The notes beneath the pieces were generated by a model. That model worked only from the letters and a program-made list of their open reading frames with translations, did not search any database and was not told where the DNA came from. Shown piece by piece: positions 29,474 through 44,672 of a stretch of 64,000 nt of DNA (positions are counted from its first letter, which is position 1; each line of letters starts with the position of its first letter). Origin of the DNA: the human T2T-CHM13v2.0 reference genome, Homo sapiens. Location of the stretch: the NCBI RefSeq assembly GCF_009914755.1, contig NC_060928.1; one strand, given 5' to 3'. The position numbers and the translations under genes are program-made.

Positions 29474-31324
29474 ATCTAAGACACCATTGCCAAATCACAT
29501 GAAGATTTTTCCCTTGTGTTTTCTTCTAAGAGTTTTATGGCTTAGCTTTTATATTTAGATATTTGACTCAATTGAGTTAGTTTTTATATATGGTATGAGG
29601 TAAGGGTCACATTCTTTTGCATGTGGTCCTAACAGCATTGTTGAAGAGACTGTTCTTTCCTTATTGAATGAATGGTCTTGGCCCCCTTATTGAAAATCAG
29701 TTGACCATGGACTCATAGTTTTGTTTCTGGACTCTCAATTGTATTACGTGGATTTATATATCTCGTCTTATGCTAATACCACTCCGTTTTGATTATCGTA
29801 GCTTTGTAGTAAGTTTTAAAATTGAGAACTCCTCCAATTTGTTCTTTGTTTTCAAGACTGGTTTTGAAAACAGTTTTGGCTCTTTAGGGTCCCTTGTAAT
29901 TTCCATTTTCGGCAAACAAACAAAAAGACCTTTGGGTTGCTGACAGAGATGGTTTTGAATCTGTAGATCAGTTTGGAAAGTGTTCCCATCCTAACAATAT
30001 TATGTTTTTCAATCTATGAACACAGGGTATCTTTCCTTTTATTTATATCCTCTTTAATTTCCTTCAAAAATTTTTTATAGTTTTCAGTGTACAAATTCCT
30101 TCACTTTTTAATGTAGGCAGTAAACCACAGAGGTATTAGTAGTACTTGTGACTTTGTCACCAATGCATACCAGGTGTTTTTATATCACATTGCAGCTGTG
30201 GGACAGTGTGGTCTTGGGACAGTGTTTATTGCTCATGGTTCCTTTGAAGCCACAGTATCAGATCTTGTTCAGTGTGTTAATAAATGCATATCTATCACAA
30301 ATTTATATTTTTGTAATATTTCGATACCAGTATTTCAATATAATCAGTTTTCCTTGCAAGTCTATGTATTGTGTTTTACTCATTTAAAACATCATTCTAA
30401 GGATTTGTGGTTTCACACAGCTGCCAAAGAGGTCAATGACACAAACCTGGTGGAGCCCTGCACCCGCTGCTCCAGTGCACTATCCCTTAACACCCACAGC
30501 AGTGGGGGCTGGGCCACCTTGGGCCACCGTGGGATGCACAGCAATGAGTACAAATCCCTGCCCAGCAACTATAATCCCATTGCCCCTGCTTTAGAGCTTT
30601 TACTGCCAGCTGCACAGAAGTGATGTAAATTTCGGGATAATGTAGACCCTGCTGTAATACACACATGCATGCATATCAGTGGTAGGCATCTGTCCTTCAG
30701 ATGACTGCTTGTGCTGTGAGAAATGCTAGTTTGTCACAAAGTGGCAGTTGCTTCCTGGGGTCCTGAAACACCCGGGACCTGTCTGCTTCCAGTGTCTTGG
30801 TGTGGCAGACAGGCATCTTTGTCGCCGGGCTCGTGTTCCCTCTCCTGCAGGGTGTGCGATGCTGCAGCCACACTGGTCGTAGACACTGGGTTTTTTGATG
30901 CTTCAGGCCCGTGGCACAAACCCTTTCTTCCTGCTGGACTCCCATTTCCCTCCTCCCTGGTAAGCTCCTCCTCCTTTGGGACATGGACACCTCCTCCCAG
31001 AAGCCTTCCCTAGCAAAGTTATCGGGGCTGGCTCTTTAGCAGTTCTCGCCCTGTGTTGGGAAGAGTTAACACCAGGGTGACGCTGTGGGACCCTACAGCC
31101 CTGCAGGGCTGCTCAACCACGTCAAAGCACCTGAGAATGTCCCCTGGCTGCCTGGGGATTCCAGTAAGAAGGAAGAAGGCAGGGCCTTTTGGGACTGAGG
31201 TGCTTTGGCCATCATGGACCCCTTCCTTCATTAAAAAAAGAGAAAATTTTGACTGCTTTGATCTAAAGATGAATATAGTCCAGGCTGGGTTCCTCAATAT
31301 AGATTCACCAGTGTCAGTATGATG

Positions 31325-31626
31325 ATGATGATTTTTTGAGACAGGGCCTCGCTTTGTCACCCAGGCTGGTGTGTAGTGGCACCATCTCGGCTCACTTCAG
31401 CCTCAAACTCCCAGGCTGAAGCGATCCTCCCAAATCAGCCTCCTGAGCAGCTGGGACCACAGATGCTTACCCCCATGCCCAGCTAATTTTTTTTTTTTTT
31501 TTTTTTGGCAGAAATGAGTTATCCCTGTGTTGCCCAGGCTGGTCTCGAACTCCTGGGCTCAAGTGATCCTCTCGCTTCGGCCTCCCAAAGTGCTGGGATT
31601 ACAGCATGAGCCACAGCACCCAGCCT
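31325..31626 (-). mobile_element. AluJ
   Basis: Diverged Alu dimer. Confidence 0.85.
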
Positions 31627-31648
31627 GGTTTCTTATTTTTTCCTTTGA

Positions 31649-32127
<479 letters not shown>

Positions 32128-32654
32128 TTTCTCCTTTGATTTTGAAACAAAAACTTGAACAGGTTCATGGGTTCCTGCAGGCACGGTGGGCCCGGGTGTG
32201 GGCCCCGCACTTCCTGTGCCTGGTGGAAGAAAGGCCCGGCTTCTAAGGAAATGCGCTTCTCCCAACCTAGAGACTGCCTGGCCCACCTGGAGAAGCCAGG
32301 CATGGGAATCAGACACTGTCTATCAACCCACGGGGCGTGGATGGAAGAGCTGCCCTGGATCTGCTTCCTTCCCAGGCGAGATCATTTGCTTAATAAAACC
32401 AAGACAGCCAGCACCTCCTGCAAACTAAATCCACGTTCTGTTCGATGCGTAGACGTTATTCTGGGTCGGCTCCAGGTGTCCAAGAGTTGTTCAGTGTGTG
32501 TTCATTAGGAGATGGAGTATCTGCTGGTTGTACTCACTCACTCACTCACTCACTCACTGAACGTGCAGGAGGCATCTTCTCTGTGCCAGATGTGTGAATC
32601 ACAGCCCTGCCCTCAGGGGCTCCATCTGTGGGAAGATGAACTGAAAGGAGAGGT

Positions 32655-33130
32655 GAGTGTAACAAATTACCACCCATGCCATGGCTGAAGACGGCGCACG
32701 GGCATTCTCCCCAGGCCTGAAAGTCAGAAGTCCTAAGTCAGTTTCATTGCACCAAAATCAAGGGGTGTGCCGGGCCCTGCTCTGTCCGGAGGCTCTTAGG
32801 CAGACACTGTTTCCCTGCCGCTTCTGTCTTCTGGAATCGCATGGGGCTCATGGTCCCGTCCTCCGCCGTCATATCCTGTAGCGCAATGTCTTCAAGCTTC
32901 TCTCTGCTCTTTTCTCTGTCTTCAAGTCGCCGCCTCCTCAGCAGGGGCACCTCCCTCTGCTCCCCTGCTAGGAGGACACCTGTGATTACCTTTAGAGCCC
33001 ACCTAATCATCCAGGATAATCTCCTCTTCTCAAGGTCCTTGACTTGATTGAATCAGCAAAGTCCCTTACCATATACATTTCCGGGAGTAGGACCTGGGTG
33101 TCTTTAGGGCCGTTATTCAGCCAACGACAG
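32655..33130. mobile_element. MLT1 (MaLR) LTR
   Basis: tgtaacaaattacc...gcccacctaatcatccaggataatctcc...gggccgttattcagcc. Confidence 0.75.
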
Positions 33131-34444
33131 CCAGTTTGCCTGGGCCCAGTCATGTACATCTGAGCCTCAGTTTCCCCATTTGTAAAACACAGTCAGTAAT
33201 ACTGCCTTGCAGGTGTTGTGTTAGGAGTACGCAGACTTTAAATGCTGACCAGAGTGCAGAAGGCGGCGGACGTCTCCAGAGCTCCTCCTAATGGTAGTGT
33301 TTTGTTGTGAGAGTATAAAGTCTGGTGGGGGGTGTAGCTCGAGAGCCCCCAGGAATTCTGCCCAGATGTGGAATCCTTTGTTTATCCCCTTGCTTCCAGC
33401 TTAGGCTACATGCGGGAGGCATCTGGAGAGTTTTAAACTTGCTATGCCGCTATCGCTACTTGGAGTGGAGTCCAGATGATGGGGACATTAGAGCCTCCCA
33501 TGATTCTCATTGGCAGCCACAGTTGAGTCCATTTTGTACCCAGGCTGGAGTCACTGCGAATGGCCGCCACCTCTCTTTTTGCATAGCCAACACCGGCCTC
33601 TTAGGATCACCTGGGTCCTGTTGGCCGACTTGGAGGTGCTGCCTTTTCAATGACAAGGCGTTTGTTATGTGTAAAGAAAGGCGTTGAATTGGACGGTCTC
33701 CAGCTTCTGCCCAGCATGGAGCCTGCAACATTGTGTGGGAGTGGGGCTCCCATAGGGTAACAATGGCTCACCCAGCTCACCGTGCCCACTGTTTGCCAGC
33801 CATGGGGTCTCCTGCACACCCCATCATAGACGCAGGTGCTGGGCCGGCATCCCCCTTTCACAGGAAACCAGGCGTTGGGGCGAATGCCCTTTGCAGGGTC
33901 ACTGCGTGTGGCCGAGCAGGCCAGGAACCCGGGCTTATCTCACTTTTAGTCCCTGGCAATGAATGGCTAGTTCGTCCATCAAGTATTTTCAAATTGGTTG
34001 AACGATGGAGTTGCTGGTGGTCGTGGTTCTCCAAGATGCTTCCGATCATGGCATGTTGTTGTAGAGGAAGCTTAAAAGATACTGCAAGGTCCTGGAGGAA
34101 ACGCCGATGTCTGGCTCAGTAACATCATCCAATGTTCCAGAATTCTTCTAAGTATCTCATGGGGAGGGGGCAGGGACTTAGGAAAGTCTCCAAACTGTGA
34201 CACTTTTATTTCACTTTAATTAGGAAAAAAGAGATGCTGGGCTCCTTGGTGCCTGCATTCACGATTGGTGTCCCGATAGAGGCTGGGATGTTCCAGAGCC
34301 TTCCTGGGGCAGGGGGCCTGGCCAGGGCTTTGAAGGGCAAGGAGAGAGGGCAGGGCAGCCTGGCATGGTGCGGAAGGAACGGGGTAATGGCAGAGAGAAC
34401 AAGTATGGGGGAGGGGAGCCAGTCCTGACCCCTGTGAAGTCACT

Positions 34445-34850
34445 CTGCTGTTAGGGGCCCTATAACAAAGTACCACAAACTGGGGGGACTCAGAGCAACA
34501 GAAATTTACTCCCCCACTACTGGAGGCCAGAAGTCTGAAATCAAGGCTTCGGCAGAACTGTGCTCCCTTGGAAACCTGCAGGGGAGACTCTGTCCTTGCC
34601 CCTCCTAGTTCCTGGAGGTTGCCACCATCCTTGGCTTTGCTGTGTAGACACAGTGCTGTAATCTTCCGTCCTCACGCGGCCCTCTCCCTATATGCGTGTC
34701 TGTCTACATCCAAATTTCCCCTCTTTATAAGGACACACCAGTTTGGTTGGATTAGGGCCCACCCTGATGGGCTCATTTGCAAAGATCCTATTTTCAAATC
34801 AGGTCCCCTTCACAGATCCTGGGGGCTGGACTTCAGCATCTCTTTTTGAG
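34445..34850. mobile_element. MLT1 (MaLR) LTR
   Basis: ctataacaaagtaccacaaactgg...ctggaggccagaagtctgaaatcaagg...ggattagggcccaccct. Confidence 0.8.
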
Positions 34851-35411
34851 GGGCCCAGCGTGCTCTCAACTTGTGGTCTCTTGTCCTTCTCCTGAGATGC
34901 GTCAGGGTGTAAGGCATGGTTCCCCCACTTCGGCGATGAGATGTGGGGCCCAGAGAGGCCAGGTGACCTGTTCAAGATCACACAGGCAGCAGCTTACAGG
35001 ATTCAATTCCGAGCCAGTTTCTGGAGAGGCCCGTGGCCCTCTCTCTCCTTAGGCCATGGACCCCATGCTGTGCCCTGCAGTGGCTGAGGAGACCCCAGCT
35101 CCAGAGTCTGCACAGGGCAGGGGGAAGAGAGAGCTCAGCCTGTAGGGGAGCTCTTTGCCACACCACGGGCCGCCCGCTGACTCTCCCTGGATGTATTTCT
35201 TTGCCCTTCTCCCCTTGACTGTTCCAGGGACTCTCGCATTCTCGTTGCACGGTTCGGCTGGCTCCTCAGCCGTTGGGCCTGGGATCCTGGAGGAAAGGCT
35301 TGGCCAGGTTTCGGAGGACACCCCCGAGGAGGTGGTTCCCCCACAGCCCTGCAGGAGAGAATGGGGGTTCTTTTTAAATCTAGACAGGTGGGGTACCAGG
35401 AGCCAAACTGA

Positions 35412-35768
<357 letters not shown>

Positions 35769-37899
35769 TGAAACCCTCTTCTAACAGGACATCTGCACCT
35801 GTGGTGGCTTGGCTCTCTTCTCAGAATAGTGTTTTCAGATGCACAGAATAAAATGCAAAGGGTTACGAAGGAGGCCAGTTAAATGGAACCAAGTCCTTCT
35901 GGACCACCCTGAGTGAGGCAGCCCTGCAGTGTAGACTTGGAGAAAGGCAGGTAGCTGGAGCCCGGGCAGGCTGGCCCCGGGTGAACATGCGACGGGGCAG
36001 CTGGTTAGAGGGTTGAGAGCCCGCTCTGCTGTCTGCCAGGCGCACACCCCAGGGCCAGTGAGGAGATGAGAGTGAGGATAACAGCAGCGACAGCAGACAG
36101 CTCCGTCATGCTGCCCCCCAACCCAGGTGCTGTTCTCAGTGTCCCGTGACTGTCCCTGGAAGGCGTTCCTTTCACTGCTATTCACAGGCTGGAGCCAGGT
36201 GCCAGACTCCCGGCCAGTGAGCTAGAGCCGCAGGGTCTGTGCTCCGGCCCCTGTCCAGAGCCTGTCCCAACCCCAGGCACCATCAGGGCTTGTGGCTATC
36301 ATCGCCAGGCAGCCCTCCCTGGCTGGGCTCCTGCCACTGCCTCTGGCTGCCACGTGCCTCAGACGGCTGCGCCTTCTTTCTCCGGCCAGCTCTGCCTGCT
36401 TCATCACAGCTCTGCGCTCTGCTGCCCTGGCCCAGGTGCTGTGCGCTGGCCTGTGCACTGCAGCTGTGATCTGGACTAAACGGCGCCTTTCCCTGTGGGC
36501 ACTGCGGCCCTGGGGAGCAGCCTGGCTCCATCCTGTCTGTGTCCCTTGTCAGGCACAGGCTCCATATGCACTGTAGGCCATCCCAGTGGACTGGAGTTTC
36601 TCTGGCCCTTAGAGAGGGTGATGGCCCTGAGAAGGCAACCTACGGTCGGGGTTGGGGGAGTGGAGGCGGGAGACGTGACTGAGGAACTGGCAGGACCTGG
36701 GGACCAGGAGGATGGGCCTGCTCAGAGGGGATGTGAATCTGCCTGCCAGGGGCCTGAGGGGTCCCTCCCTAGGTGAAGGGACACAGAGGGGACAGGTCTC
36801 ATTGGAGTTGTAGTGGGTCTGAGCTGGGGAGATGGGAGGGCGGGCGGTGGGATGTAGCAGGTAGCCAGGCGGAGTGCGAGAGCAGCCTGGGCTGGGGTCT
36901 CAGGGTCTTGGTGCTGCCCTTGTCCTGCCCCGGGCACTGTGCTGAGAGCCCCTGGGACCAATGAATCTGGCAGCACAATGGACAGGAATCTGACTGCCGA
37001 GAGGCCACGTCCCTCAGCTCTGAGCCACCCCATTCAGCTGGTCCTGTGGCCAGGGCTCCCTGCAGTCAGGATGCAGGCTCGGGGACAATTGTGAGGCCTG
37101 GAGATGAAGACCTCCGGGAAGTGGAGGCAGGGGATGAGCTGCAGTGACTAGTGTGGCTCTCCAGGCATCTGCAGCCTTGCAGAGACGGGGACGTGGTGGA
37201 GGTGTCGTCCCATGTCATAGGGAAGGAGTCCGTGGCTCAGAGAGGTTAAGGGGCTTCCAAGGTGGTGAGGCTGGTAAGCTGCGAAGGTGCAGAGCTGCAG
37301 GCAGAATCTGCACCCTGGGCCCTGGTGCTGGGGCCTGAGCGGCTTGCAGGGGGTGCATAGGGGCCCCCAAAGAGAAGGAGGGTTAGCCTCAGCATTCACG
37401 GCAGGGTGGCCGCCCGTCTCCCAGGTGACCATGCTGCACGGCTGATAGGACACTTTCTCACGTACATCTCCTGCTTCCCCAGGACCAGTGCCTGGGACGC
37501 CCTTGGTCTCCTATCACAGATGGGAACTGGGGACTGCATGGTGTTAGGGGACTCCAAGCCTAGAGTTCCTGAAGTGGGCAGGGCTCAGGAGGGCACTCTG
37601 CTGGAGGGTCTACCCAGTTGAGCTTCGGGACTGCAGCCTTAGGAAGCAGCAGAGCTCCCCAGTTCTTTAACCTTGTTGGCTGTAGGGTCTGTATGTGGCC
37701 AGGGGAGAGTCCCAGCCCCTTGCATCCTCCAGGCTGCTGGGAGGGGCGGTGGGGAGCGAGCAGCTCTGTGCATGTTCATACGATTACGGAGGCCCTGCCA
37801 CGTGCTGGCACCTGGCATCCTCCCACCCGGCCAGGGAGCCCCATCGCTCTCTCTGCCTCTCTGGGCAGGCGGAGGGCCATCTGCACGCTGTTTTAGCTT

Positions 37900-38200
<301 letters not shown>

Positions 38201-38992
38201 CGTTTTGGCTTTGAGACATACTCTCGTCCCTGCCAGGCTCCCTGGCAGCCGGGTGAGTGCCTTCAAGGTCCAGGTCCAGTGTCATCTAGTGACCCATGCC
38301 CCATGCCCTCCAGCCGGGGCAGGCTGTCCCCCTCCAAGCCAGCTGTCTTGCAGCTGTCGTGAGTTCATCTGTAAACACCAGCTGAACACCTACTGTGTGC
38401 TGGGGCTGTCTAGTGCTCAGCATACCATGGTGAAGAAAACCGAATCCCTGTCCCTGAGGACACTTAATTAACCACATGGGAAACCGCCGAGGGCGAAGGC
38501 CAATGGGGCTGCAGAGGTTCTGTCTTTCCTGGTCCCACGCAAAAGCAGGCTGGTGTCCATGCGACACTGCGTCCCAGCACTGAGCCCAGGGCTCAGGACA
38601 CATTTGCTGAGCGGATGCTTGGCTGGTAGCTGATGCACCACCGCCGTGATGGGGCAGTGGGCAGCCCAACCCCACTTCTCACACATGTGTCTTAGTGGCC
38701 CGAGAGCTGCCTGGGCAACAGTGGGGCTTCTTCATATCTGTACCCTGAGCTCTCTATGCAGGACCTTGGGTACTAAAAATAACTAATTTAAAATGAATGT
38801 CACTTATGAATATGGTGAAAAATTAAAATGTTACCAAAAAATTGCCCAGTGAACAGTGATGCTTCTAACCTCTTGTGCCCAGCTGCCCTTACCAGGTTCT
38901 TCCAGAGATAGTCTCTGCACATGCTGTGTGGGGGGGGGCCTTCGTGTGCGGGTGTGTGTGTGTCTGTCCTGCTGCCTTCCGGCCACCCCTGA

Positions 38993-39184
<192 letters not shown>

Positions 39185-40301
39185 TGAACTCAAGGCTGCT
39201 CCTGCCGTCTCCCCCAGCTGGCCCACGGACAGGCCTTAGAGCAGCAGGGGGCCAGTGTCAGGAGTGTCCCTGCGGAAGGCCCACCTGGAGAGCAGGGCAG
39301 GTAGGCAGGGGGCACATGAGACCCACAGGAAGGAAACTCCCGGACTTGGCCCCTGGGAGCTGACCTCAGCAGTCCGGGGAAGGGCCCTCCTCGAAAGTGG
39401 GCCCAGCCAGGGTCTGCCGTGGGAAATGCCCAGGATGATACCTACCGGATCCCAGCGGATTGCTGTGGGGGAGGGAGGGAGAGAGACGGGACCATGTCCG
39501 CCACATGAAAGAGGAGAGGATGTACTGGGGGAAGCCAAGTCCCACAGAGAGGAAGGCCTTGCCCAAGGCCACGCAGGGAAAGGGGAGCAGGGCTGGGGGG
39601 CACACCCACCCTCCTGACCTGTGTCCCTCTCCTGCTTGTCCCACCGCAGGAGCCACACTGGTGCTGGGCTCTCTACAGGCATGGAAATGCTCGCTTTGCA
39701 TATATAATGCTCATTCCCAAAAGCCCACAAGTGACATGCAAGGCAACGGGATTAAAGGGAGGGGAGATAAGGGTGGAAAGAGAAGACGGAGCCAGGGGAG
39801 GCCTGGCCACGCATCACTTAGTGACGGGAATACGTCCTGAGAAACGCGTTGTTAGGCGACTCCATCATTGTGCCAGCCTCACAGAGTGTCCTGTACACCC
39901 ACGCGGCCCAGCCTGCTACACACCCGGGCTGGAGGGTATGGCCGACTGCTCCTAGGCCACAAACCTGGACAGCATGTTGCTATACTGAACAATGTAGGCA
40001 GTTGTCACACGATGGTAAGTATTTGTGTATCTAAACATAGAAGAGGTCCAGTAAAAACACGTTATAACGCATGGTCCACCTGAATAGGGCATTTCCATCA
40101 TGAATGCAGCTTGCAGGACCGGAAGCTGGTCTGGGTGGGTGAGTGAGGGAGTGGGTGGTGAGTGAATGCGAAGGCCGAGGCATGGCTGTGCACTCCTGTA
40201 GACGAGTGAGCGCTGGACATGTGGGCTACACTCCATTCATAACATACTCTTTCTTCAGTAATAAAGTAACCTGAGCTCACTGTAACCTTTTTACTTCATA
40301 A

Positions 40302-40596
<295 letters not shown>

Positions 40597-40902
40597 AATA
40601 AACTTTTAAAATGTAAGTTTTTGACTCTTTTGTAATAACACTTAGCTTAAAGCTCAAACATGTTGCACAACTGTATATTATTTTTCTACATGTGCTTTTT
40701 CTATTAAAAAATTTTTTAATTCTTTTTTTACTTCCAACACATTTTTGTTAAAGCTAAGGACACAGACACACACATTAGCTAGGCCTGCACAGGGTCAGGA
40801 TCCACAGTATCACCGCCTTCTGCCTCCACACCCTGTCCCACTGGAAGGTCTTCAGGAGCAGTGACAGGCACAGGGCTGTCATCTCTTAGGATAACAATGC
40901 CA

Positions 40903-41327
<425 letters not shown>

Positions 41328-41663
41328 TTAATAACTAGGCATGCACTCTAAAATACTGATTAAAAAGTATAGTACGGTAACATAAACAAGTAACATACGC
41401 GTTTATTGTCACTGTCAAGTATTATGTTCTGTATGTAATTGTATGTGCAAGACGTTTATACAGCTGACAGTGCAGGGGGTGTGTGTATACCAGCACCTCC
41501 GCAAAGTGAGGAGTGTGTTGTGTTCCGTCTACACGGTGGCTGCGAGGTCACCAGGCGACAGGAGGTTTCAGCTCCGTGACAGTCTTATGGGGCCACCATG
41601 GCATGTGGTCCATCGTTGACCCGAATGCTGTTATGCCGCGTGTGGCTGTAAAACGCACTTGCT

Positions 41664-42156
41664 GGTTCCCCACAGGGAGGAGGGGGTGGCTAAAACTGCC
41701 TTCCCTATCCTGCAAGCCCAAGTCCCGCTGGATACCTGGCTTGGGTGGGAGACGACCCAGGAGATGAAGCCCCAGTCCTGTGTCCGGCTGCAGATGAGAC
41801 TGGCGGCCACAATGGAAGGGGCCTGGCACCTTTTGTTTAAAAGGCGCTCCAGGTGATTCCCATCCACAGCCAGCCTTGGGAATTGAGAGTCCCCTGATAA
41901 GTTGTTCTGGAGTGATGTCCTGTGGGACTTTGGCATTTTCCACTAGCATCTAATGAGGGGGTGTCCTTTCCGGAGAAGGCACCTAGGAAGGCCAGGGAGC
42001 TGCTGGTCTGTATCCAGCTGCCCTTGGCCGAAGCTGGAGAAAGGAGAGGCGTGAGCTCATGAAGTCCCCTTGACCTCCTCCCTCCATATTTGTGCGTGTG
42101 TTTGTCACACACCAACGCTAGGCAGCTTGTGTGGGGCTTTTACACCTGTTGCTCAC
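41664..42156 (+). repeat. Local duplication, copy A (493 bp)
   Basis: Matches 43601-44092 with 4 substitutions and 1 indel by manual alignment. Confidence 0.95.
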
Positions 42157-43600
42157 GGAATCCATACACTCGGTAGCTGTGGGCTCCCGTTATCCATACA
42201 CTCAGTAGCTGGCTCTGAACTTCCCAGAGTCAGTGTGAGATGCTCATCTCCAGGGCTTGGCACTGCTGAGATTAAAATAAAGCAGGAGAAGCCAACTGTT
42301 TCTAGCACTGAGCACGTGCACAGGGAAGCCTGGCTTGGCAGCTGTCACTGGGTAGCTTGGGTTTGGGTTTCATTTAGGTTTTGTTTTTTGCTGATATGAG
42401 GACGCAGAGAGTCCTTACGCGATTAGCAGGAAAGGCTGGAATTCACGTTGTCCAGCCCAAGTCCCTTTTTCTCCTTGCACATCATGCTGTCCTTCAGGCT
42501 CCCGACATTCAGCTCTTCCTCCCTTGGGCAGGCATGTACATGGCACCCACCCCGTGCCAGCAGCTCTTGCTATTGTTCTAGGCGCTGGAACACAGCCGAG
42601 AGCCAGTCAGGTACAGCCCCCTGCCTTCACGAGGCTCTTACATTCTCAAATGAACGGTGAGGAAGTCAGTCGTACACTGAATGTGAAGGCTATAGACAGA
42701 CAGGAAAGAGGGCCCAGGGGTTGGGCATGGGCATGTGGGCGGTAGTTTCTAGAAGGATGGTCCACATTGGAGGAGCGGGTCTCCAGGAGGTGAGCCAGGG
42801 AGCTTGCGGGTCTTGGGGGAGTGTGCCCAGCCAAGGAAAGCCCCCACCCTTTCACTCATGTTTTATTCAGCAAGCCCCGTCCACGCCCTAGGCTGGGGCT
42901 GGGAGAGTTTGAGTCTGTTTTGGAGGCTGAGAGGACACCAGGGCTTTACAACAAGCAGAAGCGGAGGGTGCGGGCTTCAGGGAACGAGGGCAGTGCTGGC
43001 CCTGACCCAGTGGGAAGGGGTTTGTGATGGTAGAGGAGCACAGAGGGAGCAGCGGGCAGTGGGGACGTGCTGGTGGGGGTGTGCTGGTGGGGGGCTAGCC
43101 ACAGGCACAGGGAGGCGGCAGAGGATGAACCAGCTTACGGCCAGAGCGGGTGCATCCTGAGTGCCAGGCACAGGCCCCTGGAGGAGGGGGAAGTGATAGG
43201 GTGACCTCTTGGGTCACCTGGGGAGGCTGGAGATTGGAAGGGAGAGACGGGGCAGTGAGATGACCAAGGAGACTGCTGCAGTGGCTGAGGGAAGAGAAGA
43301 CTGGGGCGCTGGGGATGGAGGGGAGACTGCAGACTGGAGAACTGATTTAATCTGGGAGGCAGAGGGGTAAAAGGAAAGGGCCTGGTGCAGAGCTAGTTAC
43401 TGAGGGAGGCCGATGTCATGGAGAGGGAGCACGGGCAGGCCCAGGAGCTGGCCCTGAGCCGGAGAGAGGACAGCAGAGGACAGCTTCCTGGGGGCCGGAA
43501 GTCCCCACCGAAACTGGCTACTTACAAATAACTGAGGCCAGTGGCTTCACCAGCTGCCCTGGAGCTTCCTTCCTGGCTCATCCTCTCTGGGCCTGGAGCA

Positions 43601-44092
43601 GGTTCCCCACAGGGAGGAGGGGGTGGCTAAAACTGCCTTCCCTATCCTGCAAGCCCAAGTCCCGCTGGATACCTGGCCTGGGTGGGAGATGACCCAGGAG
43701 ATGAAGCCCCAGTCCTGTGTCCGGCTGCAGATGAGACTGGCGGCCACAATGGAAGGGGCCTGGCACCTTTTGTTTAAAAGGCGCTCCAGGTGATTCCCAT
43801 CCACAGCCAGCCTTGGGAATTGAGAGTCCCCTGATAAGTTGTTCTGGAGTGATGTCCTGTGGGACTTTGGCATTTTCCACTAGCATCTAATGAGGGGGTG
43901 TCCTTCCGGAGAAGGCACCTAGGAAGGCCAGGGAGCTGCTGGTCTGTATCCAGCTGCCCTTGGCCGAAGCTGGAGAAAGGAGAGGCGTGAGCTCATGAAG
44001 TCCCCTTGACCTCTTCCCTCCATATTTGTGCGTGTGTTTGTCACACACCAACGCTAGGCAGCTTGTGTGGGACTTTTACACCTGTTGCTCAC
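43601..44092 (+). repeat. Local duplication, copy B (492 bp)
   Basis: Direct repeat of 41664-42156. Confidence 0.95.
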
Positions 44093-44534
44093 AGAATGCA
44101 TCCAGAAGCCCTTTGAGGTGGATGCTGTTATATCCCCATTTTACCAGTGGTTAGAGGGTGTACAGAGGCTCTTCGTGGAGCCCAAGGTCACGCCCTTCAG
44201 TTCACTTGGTACAGTCAGCATGTACTAAGTACCTCCTACTATGTGCACACTGGACTCGACACCTTGAGGGCAGGGACCTCAGAGCCCCAGGCAGTGGGGA
44301 GGGGACAGGCTTTTTCTGGACAGCCACTCCCAGTGGCCCCAAGCTGAGGCATATCGTGAGGAGGGTGAAAAAGGCAGACGTGGCCCGAGAGGACACTAGG
44401 TTTCTACCTCTGCCTTTAAAAAAAAAAACAACAACATGAAATTACTACATGTTTTATAAAAAAGTTTTAAACATAATGGGGAAAGTGCCCCAAATCCCAC
44501 ATTTTTATACTGGCTTTTCCCTTTATATTGGCCA

Positions 44535-44672
44535 TTCTTTTTTTTCATGTAGACAGGTTACACGTTCTTGCTATGTTGCCCAGGCTGGTCTCGAACTCTT
44601 GGGTTTGCTCAAGTGATCCACCCTCAGCCTCCCAAAGTGCTGGGATTATAGGCATGAGCCATCGCACCCGGA
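44535..44672 (-). mobile_element. Alu monomer (FLAM/AluJ left arm)
   Basis: ttgcccaggctggtctcgaactc...cccaaagtgctgggattataggcatgagcc. Confidence 0.8.

Noticed and set aside
30110-30460. Possible hAT-Charlie (MER119-like) fragment
   Set aside because: Only vague terminal similarity by eye; family cannot be assigned without a Dfam search
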